Made by a program: the position numbers and the translations under genes
The notes under the pieces: model-generated
The model's input: the letters and a program-made list of their open reading frames with translations, nothing else
Databases searched by the model: none
What the model was told of the DNA's origin: nothing
From: a virus
Taxonomy: Duplodnaviria; Caudoviricetes
Virus record (IMG/VR): IMGVR_UViG_3300021335_000019
Location: 1-56,246 of that record
Strand: one strand, 5' to 3'
DNA length: 56,246 nucleotides
Shown: in pieces, positions 1 to 7,776 of the stretch
Position numbering within the stretch: the stretch's first letter is position 1
Layout of the letters: the number at the start of each line of letters is the position of its first letter

Positions 1-8
1 AGGGGCGG

Positions 9-134
9 TAGAGCCGGCCCAATACTCGTAGAAACTGGGCTTCTCTGCCAGGGCCTCCAGGGCGGCGGCCTCCGTTCTGAATTTGCCTGGGAGAACGTAC
101 TGGCCGCTGGCCAGTACCCAGGAGCGGCGGATTT
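9..134. repeat. Terminal direct repeat, left copy (126 bp, identical to 56121-56246)
   Basis: TAGAGCCGGCCC...GGCGGATTT occurs at both ends; positions 1-8 do not match 56113-56120. Confidence 0.9.
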
Positions 135-153
135 TGATGGCGGTGATTTTCAT
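9..153 (-). CDS. 5' part of a small hypothetical protein spanning the circular junction (continues to TGA at 56074-56076)
   Basis: ATG at 153 reads MKITAIKIRRSWVLASGQYVLPGKFRTEAAALEALAEKPSFYEYWAGS and continues IGASVANSIPRVAEV* via the right-end copy; preceded by a palindrome-type promoter. Confidence 0.6.
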
Positions 154-211
154 GTGGCGCTCCGGGGTGGTGACTGATGCAATTGTCACCCATGCACCGC
201 CATGCTGCGAC

Positions 212-385
212 TTACCGGGTGCCGGTTTGGCGGGTGGCACATTGCAGCCGCTCGCTGCGGTCGATCATCATCAGCTGCTGCATCCGCTCGGCATACAAGC
301 CGGTAAACAGACCATTGGTGCGGCCTGAGTCTTCATACAGCGCATTCATGTAATCCGCGCGGGATTGTTGTTCTTGGACGTTCAT
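212..385 (-). CDS. Small hypothetical protein (57 aa, MNVQEQQSRADYMNALYEDSGRTNGLFTGLY...)
   Basis: Manual translation; co-oriented with neighbours and fills the gap. Confidence 0.55.
   Translation of the reverse strand: MNVQEQQSRADYMNALYEDSGRTNGLFTGLYAERMQQLMMIDRSERLQCATRQTGTR
219..240 (-). promoter_or_regulatory. 22-bp pseudo-palindrome upstream of a -10-like box (copy 1)
   Basis: Minus strand GTGCC-ACCCGCCAAACC-GGCAC, 31 nt, GACAAT. Confidence 0.6.
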
Positions 386-415
386 AGGTGCTCATCAATG
401 AGGCGTGCTATCAAG

Positions 416-781
416 TTAAGTGGCGTCAGCTTGCGGATCGGCACTGATCAGCTGCTGCGCATCCTCCACGCTGCGTGCCACGCCGGCGATGCCGCCTGCT
501 GCCTGCACTGCATGAATCCATTGCTGTTGTTCTGGCCGGACGCGACCTGCAGCACTTTTTACCTCGATGCTGGTGAATACCGCCACCTGCTGCCCGATCA
601 TCTCCGGCGTGATCGTGCGTGTGGTCCAGCCGATCAGATCGCTGCTGCCTTTGGCCAGTCCGAAGCTCACGGGTCTGCCGTGCTGATCCCGCAGCGTGCC
701 GGTGTTATTGCGATGCAACCGCACCGAGCCGCGGCTGCAGCTCAGGCGGATCTGCTGCTGTATCTGCTGCTCGCTTGGCAT
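416..781 (-). CDS. VRR-NUC domain nuclease
   Basis: GSSDLIG...SIEVKS...RPEQQQW PD-(D/E)xK-type pattern typical of VRR-NUC. Confidence 0.85.
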   Translation of the reverse strand: MPSEQQIQQQIRLSCSRGSVRLHRNNTGTLRDQHGRPVSFGLAKGSSDLIGWTTRTITPEMIGQQVAVFTSIEVKSAAGRVRPEQQQWIHAVQAAGGIAGVARSVEDAQQLISADPQADAT

Positions 782-821
782 GAGATGCGTGGGTGATCAC
801 TGCAGCGTATCGGCAGCCATT

Positions 822-843
822 AAAAAACCCCTCAGCTGAGGGG
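822..843 (-). terminator. Putative intrinsic terminator
   Basis: CCCCTCAGCTGAGGGG palindrome followed by T6 on the minus strand, just after the gene ending at 856. Confidence 0.55.
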
Positions 844-855
844 CGGTGGGTGGCT

Positions 856-1095
856 TCAGGCGGCGGTGAGCACTAGCTCGAAGACATCCCAGCGAAGATC
901 AGCAACGTGGGCGCGTTTGAACTCCACATCCTGATCGATGAACCAGCCAGCGAATGCTTTGATCGCATCCCGCTCGCTGGCGTAACCGCCTTGCTTGATG
1001 CCAGTGGGCACGGTGCCGGCGAAAGAGTAGCCCTTGGAGCCACCAATGACGTGAGTACCAAAGGTGCCGATGGACAGCAGAGGAGCGGTGGACAT
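856..1095 (-). CDS. Hypothetical protein (79 aa, MSTAPLLSIGTFG...)
   Basis: Start moved to ATG 1095, downstream of the repeated promoter. Confidence 0.65.
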   Translation of the reverse strand: MSTAPLLSIGTFGTHVIGGSKGYSFAGTVPTGIKQGGYASERDAIKAFAGWFIDQDVEFKRAHVADLRWDVFELVLTAA

Positions 1096-1155
1096 GAGTC
1101 GTGGGTGGTGACTGATGTAATCATTGCAGCTGGCCGCCCTGTTGCGCCCTGTTGC

Positions 1156-1177
1156 GTGCCGGTTTGCAGGGTGGCTC
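1156..1177 (-). promoter_or_regulatory. 22-bp pseudo-palindrome promoter element (copy 2)
   Basis: GAGCC-ACCCTGCAAACC-GGCAC, 30 nt, AATGAT; 1136-1166 identical to 1925-1955. Confidence 0.65.
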
Positions 1178-1445
1178 AGCTGCGGTGGTGATCCATGGCG
1201 TGCATCTCCCAATGCTCTGCGTAGTCGCTGACCTGCTGCAGCAGCTCGAACATACGAGCGCGTTCCGCGCGTGCTTTCTCCCAGTTGCCAGGCTCCTGCG
1301 GGTAGAAGTCGCGTGCATTGCACGTTGCGGCTTGCAGCGCATCAGCGGCAGCGGCGACCGCCTTGCGTACAGCGCAATACTCCTGGCAAAGGTTATCGGC
1401 GCCAGTGCCGTTGAGATGGATCGTGGGCAGTGTCGGTGTGGTCAT
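1176..1445 (-). CDS. Hypothetical protein (PTIHLNGTG...CNARDFYPQ motif)
   Basis: ORF track; co-oriented small phage gene. Confidence 0.7.
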   Translation of the reverse strand: MTTPTLPTIHLNGTGADNLCQEYCAVRKAVAAAADALQAATCNARDFYPQEPGNWEKARAERARMFELLQQVSDYAEHWEMHAMDHHRS

Positions 1446-1500
1446 GGCAGGCAGCGGGTGGTGATGGCTGCCGGATGCGCTCCGGCGGGCGGTGGTGGGA

Positions 1501-1887
1501 TCAGTCCACTAGCTCGGTGATGATGCCCAGTCGCTTGGCATTGCGCCAGATCTCGCGGGCTTCTTCCACGTTGTCGATCGCGCGGTAATAGCTGTCGCGG
1601 CCCCACTCCTTGCCGCGATACGGAGCAACGCTCATCTGAACAGTTTTCCAAGTTCGCCGGCGCAGTTCGGCGCCACTGAACCGGCCGTTGTTGACCCATA
1701 CGGTCAGCACCACATCCGAGCAGTTGCCGATAAAGGCGTTCAGGTCACGCAACTTGCCGGTAGCGCCACAGGCGAAGCAGTCGCCGTTCTGCACGTGGCT
1801 GTAATGCGGCAGCTTGCCGGTGCCGTTGCAGAAAGGGCAAGTAACCGTTGCGTTGTGGGCCTTGCGAGGAGCGGTGGCAGTGGTCAT
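1501..1887 (-). CDS. Zinc-finger protein (DnaJ-type CxxCxGxG repeats)
   Basis: CPFCNGTG and CFACGATG motifs. Confidence 0.7.
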   Translation of the reverse strand: MTTATAPRKAHNATVTCPFCNGTGKLPHYSHVQNGDCFACGATGKLRDLNAFIGNCSDVVLTVWVNNGRFSGAELRRRTWKTVQMSVAPYRGKEWGRDSYYRAIDNVEEAREIWRNAKRLGIITELVD

Positions 1888-1944
1888 GTCCGGGTTGCGA
1901 CTGATGTAATCATCGCTCCTAGTGGCCCTGTTGCGCCCTGTTGC

Positions 1945-1966
1945 GTGCCGGTTTGGCGGGTGTCAC
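1945..1966 (-). promoter_or_regulatory. 22-bp pseudo-palindrome promoter element (copy 3)
   Basis: GTGAC-ACCCGCCAAACC-GGCAC, 30 nt, GATGAT. Confidence 0.65.
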
Positions 1967-3339
1967 CTAACCCGGCTCCATTGCCCCTTGGTTTGCCGTG
2001 CGGCGATCACGTACCGCGCCCATGCTGCAGGATTCTTGTAGCCACGCTTGTGGCCGAGGTCAATCAGCTCCTGCAGGCTCTGCGCTGATCCCTGTTCGCG
2101 GCGGCGCTCGCGTTGCTGCAGTTCCACCAGCTCACCGTCAACCGTCTCCAACTCACGCCGTTCCGGTGCAAACTCATGGCCGCATTCATCGCAGCGGCTT
2201 GCGCGGCTGGCCATTGCCGCAAAGCATTTTGGGCATACCTTGACGCTAGGCGCTGCTTCGCGGTCGCGTTTCTTCACGCCATCCAAGCTCCATTCGCGTT
2301 CCTCCAGGTGGTGGCCAAGCCTGAGCGTGTTGCCGACATGATCGAGCACCACTGCCGGTGATTTGTCCGGTGCTGGTCTGAGGCACCGACCGATCATCTG
2401 CAGATGCAGGCTCACCGATTGCGTTGGCCGTAGCAGGATGCAACCGCCGACACTTGGCACATCCACGCCTTCACCGATCAATGCGCAGCTGGTCAACACC
2501 TTCAACCGGCCAGATTCCAGTGCCTGCAGTAGATCTCGCCTGCAGTCATTGCTCATGCTGCCATCAATGCTGGCCGCGGCGATGCCCTGGCTGATGAACA
2601 ATGCCGCCACCGCTTCGGCATGGGCAACGGAGCAGCAAAACGCAATCGCAGTCCTGCCGCTTAGGTGCTTTTTGTAGTGGCTGCAGCAATCGCCCATGAT
2701 CGTGGTGACGCGTTGCTCGGCTTGTTTGGTGTCAAAATCACCCATCCGCTTACGCAGTCCGCTGGCATCAAACCCAGGCGGTGCCAACACACGAGCGCTC
2801 GCAAGGAAGCCGTTATCAGTCAACCACTTCGAAGACGGACCTTCCACCATTGACTGATACCACTCCCCAAGGCCGCGGCCATCGCCGCGAACCGGAGTTG
2901 CAGTGACACCTAACAACTTGGCGGATGCAAAGTGGCTGATCACTTTTGCCCAGGTGCCTGCATTGGAGTGATGCGCCTCATCAACCACCAACAGCTGGAA
3001 AAAATCACGCGGTAACTTATGCAGCCGGCGTGCCAATGTTTGCACGCTTGCTACCTGCACCGCATGGCTTAGGTCCATGCTGCGATTGGCGGCGATCAAC
3101 CCATGCCGCACATCCATCCGCCTGAGGCTATTGCTGGCCTGTTCCAGCAGCTCAGCGCGATGGACAAGGATGCAGACGCGGTTGCCTTTGCGGGCAGCTT
3201 CCTGCGCAATGTGGCTAAAGCAAACAGTCTTGCCAGCACCGGTCGGCAACACCGCTAGGACGCTGCGGCGCCCCAGTTGGTACTGCCCACGGATCTCATT
3301 CACTAGTTGCTGCTGGTATGGCCGGAGTTGGATGGTCAT
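1963..3339 (-). CDS. Superfamily 2 (DEAH-box) DNA helicase with C-terminal zinc ribbon
   Basis: LRPYQ Q-motif, PTGAGKT, VVDEAHH, TATP, QMIGR, CPKC/CDEC. Confidence 0.92.
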   Translation of the reverse strand: MTIQLRPYQQQLVNEIRGQYQLGRRSVLAVLPTGAGKTVCFSHIAQEAARKGNRVCILVHRAELLEQASNSLRRMDVRHGLIAANRSMDLSHAVQVASVQTLARRLHKLPRDFFQLLVVDEAHHSNAGTWAKVISHFASAKLLGVTATPVRGDGRGLGEWYQSMVEGPSSKWLTDNGFLASARVLAPPGFDASGLRKRMGDFDTKQAEQRVTTIMGDCCSHYKKHLSGRTAIAFCCSVAHAEAVAALFISQGIAAASIDGSMSNDCRRDLLQALESGRLKVLTSCALIGEGVDVPSVGGCILLRPTQSVSLHLQMIGRCLRPAPDKSPAVVLDHVGNTLRLGHHLEEREWSLDGVKKRDREAAPSVKVCPKCFAAMASRASRCDECGHEFAPERRELETVDGELVELQQRERRREQGSAQSLQELIDLGHKRGYKNPAAWARYVIAARQTKGQWSRVR

Positions 3340-4298
3340 AGGTCATCGAGTCCCGCAATCTCGACTTGACCTGGTTCTCGGGTTGATTCAACTGCGATCT
3401 CCATGTTCTTGATCGCTTGCTTGTAATAGCTTTCCTTCAACTCAATGCCAATACCACGGCGACCAAGCGATACAGCACCGTAAACCTCAGACCCAACACC
3501 CATGAAGGGCGTAAGCACGGTTTCGCCTGGATTAGATCGCAAGCAAATTGCCCGATCGATCACATCCAACTGCAACGGGTGAACGTGTTTTTCATCATCA
3601 GGATCTTTGCTATCCCTGAATGGCAACACTCGGCCCATGTTGATGTCATCCCAAATCGATGATGCGTATCTGCGCCAGATCCAATGGCTGAACCTATTTT
3701 CGGTTTGCTTGCCTTTCCAGTTGCGATACCCATGTAGTTCTTGCGGAATAGGGCATTCGCCTGCGTAGTGGTCAAGGCCGGTAGTATTTGCGATTGGTAT
3801 TGGATTGCTGCCACTGCGGCGAAAAACCAGCAAATAATCAGCAGATGCAACGCCGGCATAAGCAGCATCATCAACGATTGTTTTGTGCGCAAGATTCTTA
3901 ACCATCGTGCGATTTCGCACCCACAGCGGCTCTTTCCAAATCGTATGACGTGCCACAAAATGCCAGCCCAGCTTTTGATGCAGCTCGATGATCTTGCCCG
4001 GTAGATCCAGTAGCGCATCTTGACCGCTGTTGCCAGTTGGAATGTCAGTGCAATGCACAGCGGTCAGTCGGCCAGGCATCGTCAACCTGTGCAGTTCTTG
4101 AATCACAAAGCCGTAATGATCCATGAATTGGTCATAGTCGCGGCAGTTGCTGATGTCACGCTCATTTGAGCTGTAAACATACAATCCAGCAAACGGTGGT
4201 GAATAGATTGAAAAATGAATGCTTTCGTCCGGCAGGTCTTGCATTACTTCAATGCAGTCGCCGTTGTAGATTGCGTAGCGATCATTGATCACAGCCAT
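3336..4298 (-). CDS. DNA methyltransferase, beta class (N4-C/N6-A; SPPF suggests N4-C)
   Basis: GDCIEVM, SIYSPPF catalytic motif, LTPFMGVGSE SAM-binding motif, GIGIELKESY. Confidence 0.9.
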   Translation of the reverse strand: MAVINDRYAIYNGDCIEVMQDLPDESIHFSIYSPPFAGLYVYSSNERDISNCRDYDQFMDHYGFVIQELHRLTMPGRLTAVHCTDIPTGNSGQDALLDLPGKIIELHQKLGWHFVARHTIWKEPLWVRNRTMVKNLAHKTIVDDAAYAGVASADYLLVFRRSGSNPIPIANTTGLDHYAGECPIPQELHGYRNWKGKQTENRFSHWIWRRYASSIWDDINMGRVLPFRDSKDPDDEKHVHPLQLDVIDRAICLRSNPGETVLTPFMGVGSEVYGAVSLGRRGIGIELKESYYKQAIKNMEIAVESTREPGQVEIAGLDDL

Positions 4299-5659
4299 GA
4301 TGGAAGCTCCACTGTTTTGGTGTTGTACTGTTTGCGCTCAATGCTGAGCGAGTTGTTCATTTCGGCGACAAGGTTGGCGAACATTTGTTCGGCCTGTTGC
4401 CGCTTTCGGTTTAGGTTTTCTATGATCCGGCGCTCACCTTCGGTTAATACAATGTCAACCGTTACCGGTCGCTTTTGACCGAACCGCCAGCAACGCCGAA
4501 CCGATTGGTAATACTGCTCGAAGCTATGGGATGGGAAGTAGGTGATGTGATTACAGATTTGAAAATTCAAACCCCACGCGCCAATTTTTGGCTTAGTGAT
4601 CAACACGCGGGTTTTGCCTTCTGCGAAATCAATCAGCCTTTGCTCCTTTGCAGCATCTTTATCTTTGCCAGATACCTGCACAGAATCAGGAATCAGTTTT
4701 TGCAGTAGATCGCCTTCTTCGTTGAGATGACACCACACGAGGGCGGCTTGGCCGGTATTGGCGACCATGCTGGCAACCATCTCGCATCGCTCAGCAACAG
4801 TGCGTTTCTTCTCAGCGCGTTGCTCGCGTAGGTCTGTGGCTGGAATAGCAAAAAGCATTCCTTCCGCAACGGTTGATGACTCGATCAAGTGATCACGCTC
4901 GATCAATTCCGGCAATACAAAACGGCCATCATCAAAACCAAGGTCAGATGGCTTGCGGCAGGCGCGCGCCCAGCTGGTCACCCATCGCCAAAACGGAATC
5001 TCCGCATGACCTTTGAAGCGCCACTTAGGAGCTTCGCCATACATACGGCGACTGGTGAGGTTGTTCTGGTCATTTTTGAAGAATCGAGCCAGCATGTCCA
5101 TGTGGCCCATGTAGCCAAGCGCTTCGCTGCTGGTGCCGAGTTCGATGAAATCGTTAGGCGCAGCGGTAGCAGTTGCTAGCAGTCGGTATGGCACCTTGCG
5201 CATGAAATCAGTAATCTCATTGCGCCTTGAACCATCAAACGATTTCAGGATGCTCGACTCATCGCAGACCACTCCGGCAAAGTCGGCAGGTTTGAACGCT
5301 GACAGCCGCTCGTAGTTGGTGATCACGATCCGCCCAGGGACGCTGCCGTCACTGGATCGGTGGCATTCAATCCCGAACTTCTCGCCCTCGCGGATGGTCT
5401 GCGCAGCCACGGCCAGCGGCGTCAAGATCAGCACCGGTCGGTCGGTGTGCTGCGCCACGTTCTGAGCCCAGGTCAGCTGCATTGCCGTCTTGCCCAGACC
5501 GCAATCGGCAAAGATCGCAGCGCGACCTTTCCGCACAGCCCACTGCACGAGAGCTTGCTGGAAGTCGAACAGCTGATCTGGCATAAACACCGGCTCAAAG
5601 CCGTGATCAGCTCCGGTGTGGAGCTTGCGCTCCAGGAACTCCTCATAGCTAACACTCAC
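4289..5659 (-). CDS. SNF2-like SF2 helicase
   Basis: LFDFQQ, DCGLGKT, VCDESS, ATATAAPN, QSVRRCWRFGQ. Confidence 0.88.
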   Translation of the reverse strand: MSVSYEEFLERKLHTGADHGFEPVFMPDQLFDFQQALVQWAVRKGRAAIFADCGLGKTAMQLTWAQNVAQHTDRPVLILTPLAVAAQTIREGEKFGIECHRSSDGSVPGRIVITNYERLSAFKPADFAGVVCDESSILKSFDGSRRNEITDFMRKVPYRLLATATAAPNDFIELGTSSEALGYMGHMDMLARFFKNDQNNLTSRRMYGEAPKWRFKGHAEIPFWRWVTSWARACRKPSDLGFDDGRFVLPELIERDHLIESSTVAEGMLFAIPATDLREQRAEKKRTVAERCEMVASMVANTGQAALVWCHLNEEGDLLQKLIPDSVQVSGKDKDAAKEQRLIDFAEGKTRVLITKPKIGAWGLNFQICNHITYFPSHSFEQYYQSVRRCWRFGQKRPVTVDIVLTEGERRIIENLNRKRQQAEQMFANLVAEMNNSLSIERKQYNTKTVELPSWL

Positions 5660-5880
5660 CCCACCACCTCCGGTTCGACTTGCTGCACCAGCCAGGTGCT
5701 GATCTCATGCGCAGTCAGCCGCGGCTCGGTTTGGCGTAGCACGGTGATCTCCGCCGAAAGATGCAGCAGCACCTCAGCGACACCAGCACGTTGCGCGCGT
5801 TGCGTATGCGCTGGGTAGTCAGTGCCGTTAAGGCCTTCCTGAAACGCTACGGTGCAGCGCCCTAGCAATGTGTTGTCCAT
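5656..5880 (-). CDS. Hypothetical protein
   Basis: ORF overlaps both neighbours' start/stop codons. Confidence 0.6.
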   Translation of the reverse strand: MDNTLLGRCTVAFQEGLNGTDYPAHTQRAQRAGVAEVLLHLSAEITVLRQTEPRLTAHEISTWLVQQVEPEVVG

Positions 5881-6167
5881 CAGATTGCGCTCCCCTTGCT
5901 GGCTTTGTAGGCGTCTTGCTGCAATTCACGGCAACGGTCAAACGTAGCCACCATGATCGCCTTTGCTGCGATGTCGAAGCCAGCCTCTTTAATCTCATCA
6001 CTCCAATGGCTATTGTCGCGGAGCGCTTGCCGCAACGCTTTAGGGAAGCCAACGCCCATGGCGTAATACTCGCATTCAGATTGCGCGACGGACTCTGCCC
6101 ATAACGGCAACGCTCGCGATGGTGTGGCCACTGCTAAGGCAGCAGCGGCAATGATCAATGCTCTCAT
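5880..6167 (-). CDS. Small protein with signal-peptide-like N-terminus
   Basis: Start moved to ATG 6167: MRALIIAAAALAVATPSRA hydrophobic leader. Confidence 0.6.
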   Translation of the reverse strand: MRALIIAAAALAVATPSRALPLWAESVAQSECEYYAMGVGFPKALRQALRDNSHWSDEIKEAGFDIAAKAIMVATFDRCRELQQDAYKASKGSAI

Positions 6168-6229
6168 GGCGGTCAGTGGGTGGTGGTGTTGCCGGATTGG
6201 GTGCGGCTCCGGCTGGCCGCTGGGGATGG

Positions 6230-6841
6230 TCATACAACTGGAGCTTCTTTGATGAGCTTTAGCAGCAAATCGCGCTGACAGAGAGGGGCATCGGCCAACC
6301 TCGCCGCCGCTCTCGTCGCATCCGCCGCTCTCGTCGCCGCCGCATCCGCCGCTCTCGCCGCTATCGCCGCCGTATCCGCCGCTATCGCCGCTATCGCGCT
6401 TAACCACGGCATCACCTGCGCCATGCTTGCCGTTGCTTCTGCTTCTTTCCACTCCAAACCGCTTGCCAGGCGGTCCATCCCTGCAATCACGGAGTCGATC
6501 ACAGTCTGAACGTTATCCGGCGCTGCAGGCAGTGAACGCAATTCAGCAGCCAAAAACTGCCAAACCACTCGGGTCAGGTCTTTGCCATCGCATCCAACAG
6601 CAGCCGGGAAAGCCGCAAAAAACAGCGGCGCTTCTGCTGCAGGAAGGCCCTCAAAAATTGCTTCCGCGATTCGGGAAACCGCTAGTGGTATGCCGTACTC
6701 AGACTGGATAAATTCAGGGTCATTTCGCTTCTTGGCTAAACAGCCAATAAAGCATGTTTGATAACTGTCTTGAGCTACTTTATCTGCCTCAACATGAGAG
6801 GCAACTTCAGATTGAAGTTTTTGAAAGTTTTTGGTAAGCAT
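6230..6841 (-). CDS. Hypothetical protein with Ala-rich C-terminal repeats
   Basis: CFIGCL N-terminal motif; AARAADAAATRAADA repeats encoded at about 6300-6400. Confidence 0.7.
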   Translation of the reverse strand: MLTKNFQKLQSEVASHVEADKVAQDSYQTCFIGCLAKKRNDPEFIQSEYGIPLAVSRIAEAIFEGLPAAEAPLFFAAFPAAVGCDGKDLTRVVWQFLAAELRSLPAAPDNVQTVIDSVIAGMDRLASGLEWKEAEATASMAQVMPWLSAIAAIAADTAAIAARAADAAATRAADATRAAARLADAPLCQRDLLLKLIKEAPVV

Positions 6842-6879
6842 GGTTTAGAAAAGATGATTGATGACGGTGCGCGTGTGGG

Positions 6880-7101
6880 TTAGGCGGCCAGGATTTCCAT
6901 CAGGCGCTGAACGCTGGGAGTTTCGGGTGCGGCGCCGGCGGCAAGGTGAGCAATGGTTTTGCCGTGAATCCAAGCTTCAGCCAGAGGCTTGAATTGGCCT
7001 GTTTTGACCGCCGCGGCAAGGAAATTGCGATCGTGAGCGGGACAAGCAATGCCAGCCATGTGGGCGGCGATTCCCATTTTGTGCGCTTCGGTGATGGTCA
7101 T
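6880..7101 (-). CDS. Hypothetical protein
   Basis: ORF downstream of repeated promoter copy 4. Confidence 0.65.
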   Translation of the reverse strand: MTITEAHKMGIAAHMAGIACPAHDRNFLAAAVKTGQFKPLAEAWIHGKTIAHLAAGAAPETPSVQRLMEILAA

Positions 7102-7125
7102 GTCAGTGGGTGGTGACTGGGATAA

Positions 7126-7557
7126 TTATGCACGCTGCTCAGCCGTGTGTCGCTGTGTCGTGTGACGGTTTGCAGGGTGGTTGTAACGCCCAAATGCTTC
7201 TCTGGTGCGGTGAATGGCCGAATGGCATTCAGCACAAACGATCTGCACGTTATCGCGCGTGTCTTCGCCGCCATGCTGCACCTCGATGATGTGATGCGCT
7301 TGTAGCACCACCGCTGGCCGCAGGCTTTTAAGTAGCTGTCGGTTCCGTAGGCATGTCCAGCAGAAATCACGCATACCCTCAGGCACCAGCTCGAACAAGT
7401 CAGGGTTGACCTTCCGCCTTGCTGTTTTCTGGTCTGATGGCTTGGCAATCCAGCGGTGGCCGTGGACAGCGCAGCGGATCTCGCCGTAATGCTGCGTATC
7501 AGATCGCAGCCTGAACGGACTCTCGGCCCCGCATTTAGGGCATGGCATTGTTTCCAT
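7126..7557 (-). CDS. HNH endonuclease with N-terminal zinc ribbon
   Basis: CPKC, CWTC, AHHII...GGEDTRDNVQIVCAECHSAIH. Confidence 0.8.
   Translation of the reverse strand: METMPCPKCGAESPFRLRSDTQHYGEIRCAVHGHRWIAKPSDQKTARRKVNPDLFELVPEGMRDFCWTCLRNRQLLKSLRPAVVLQAHHIIEVQHGGEDTRDNVQIVCAECHSAIHRTREAFGRYNHPANRHTTQRHTAEQRA
7162..7183 (-). promoter_or_regulatory. 22-bp pseudo-palindrome promoter element (copy 4)
   Basis: CAACC-ACCCTGCAAACC-GTCAC, 31 nt, CATAAT. Confidence 0.6.
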
Positions 7558-7578
7558 AGGTCACTGCATAGCAGCGTG

Positions 7579-7619
7579 TGCCTTGCCATCGTATCACAAT
7601 GGGATACAATGGCAAGGCA
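7579..7619. promoter_or_regulatory. Inverted repeat forming overlapping divergent sigma70-like promoters
   Basis: 17-bp arms with 1 mismatch; plus strand TTGCCA-16-TACAAT, minus strand TTGCCA-16-TACGAT. Confidence 0.65.
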
Positions 7620-7632
7620 TGGCCGGTCCCAC

Positions 7633-7776
7633 ATGCCGTTAGCTCGCCCCATTCCGCTTCGGCTCACGCCTGAGCAGCTGCGCTGGCTTGATGCCTGGCG
7701 TGGCAAAACCCTCTCCCGCAATGCCGCCATCAGAGTGCTATTGCAGCAAGCGATACAGCAGCAGGAGCACGCGTGA
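7633..7776 (+). CDS. Ribbon-helix-helix (CopG-like) DNA-binding protein
   Basis: MPLARPIPLRLTPEQLRWLDAW...SRNAAIRVLL pattern; start moved to ATG 7633. Confidence 0.65.
   Translation: MPLARPIPLRLTPEQLRWLDAWRGKTLSRNAAIRVLLQQAIQQQEHA

Noticed and set aside
6298-6400. Tandem GCCGC-rich repeats as a non-coding repeat element
   Set aside because: Explained by the Ala-rich low-complexity tract of CDS 6230-6841.
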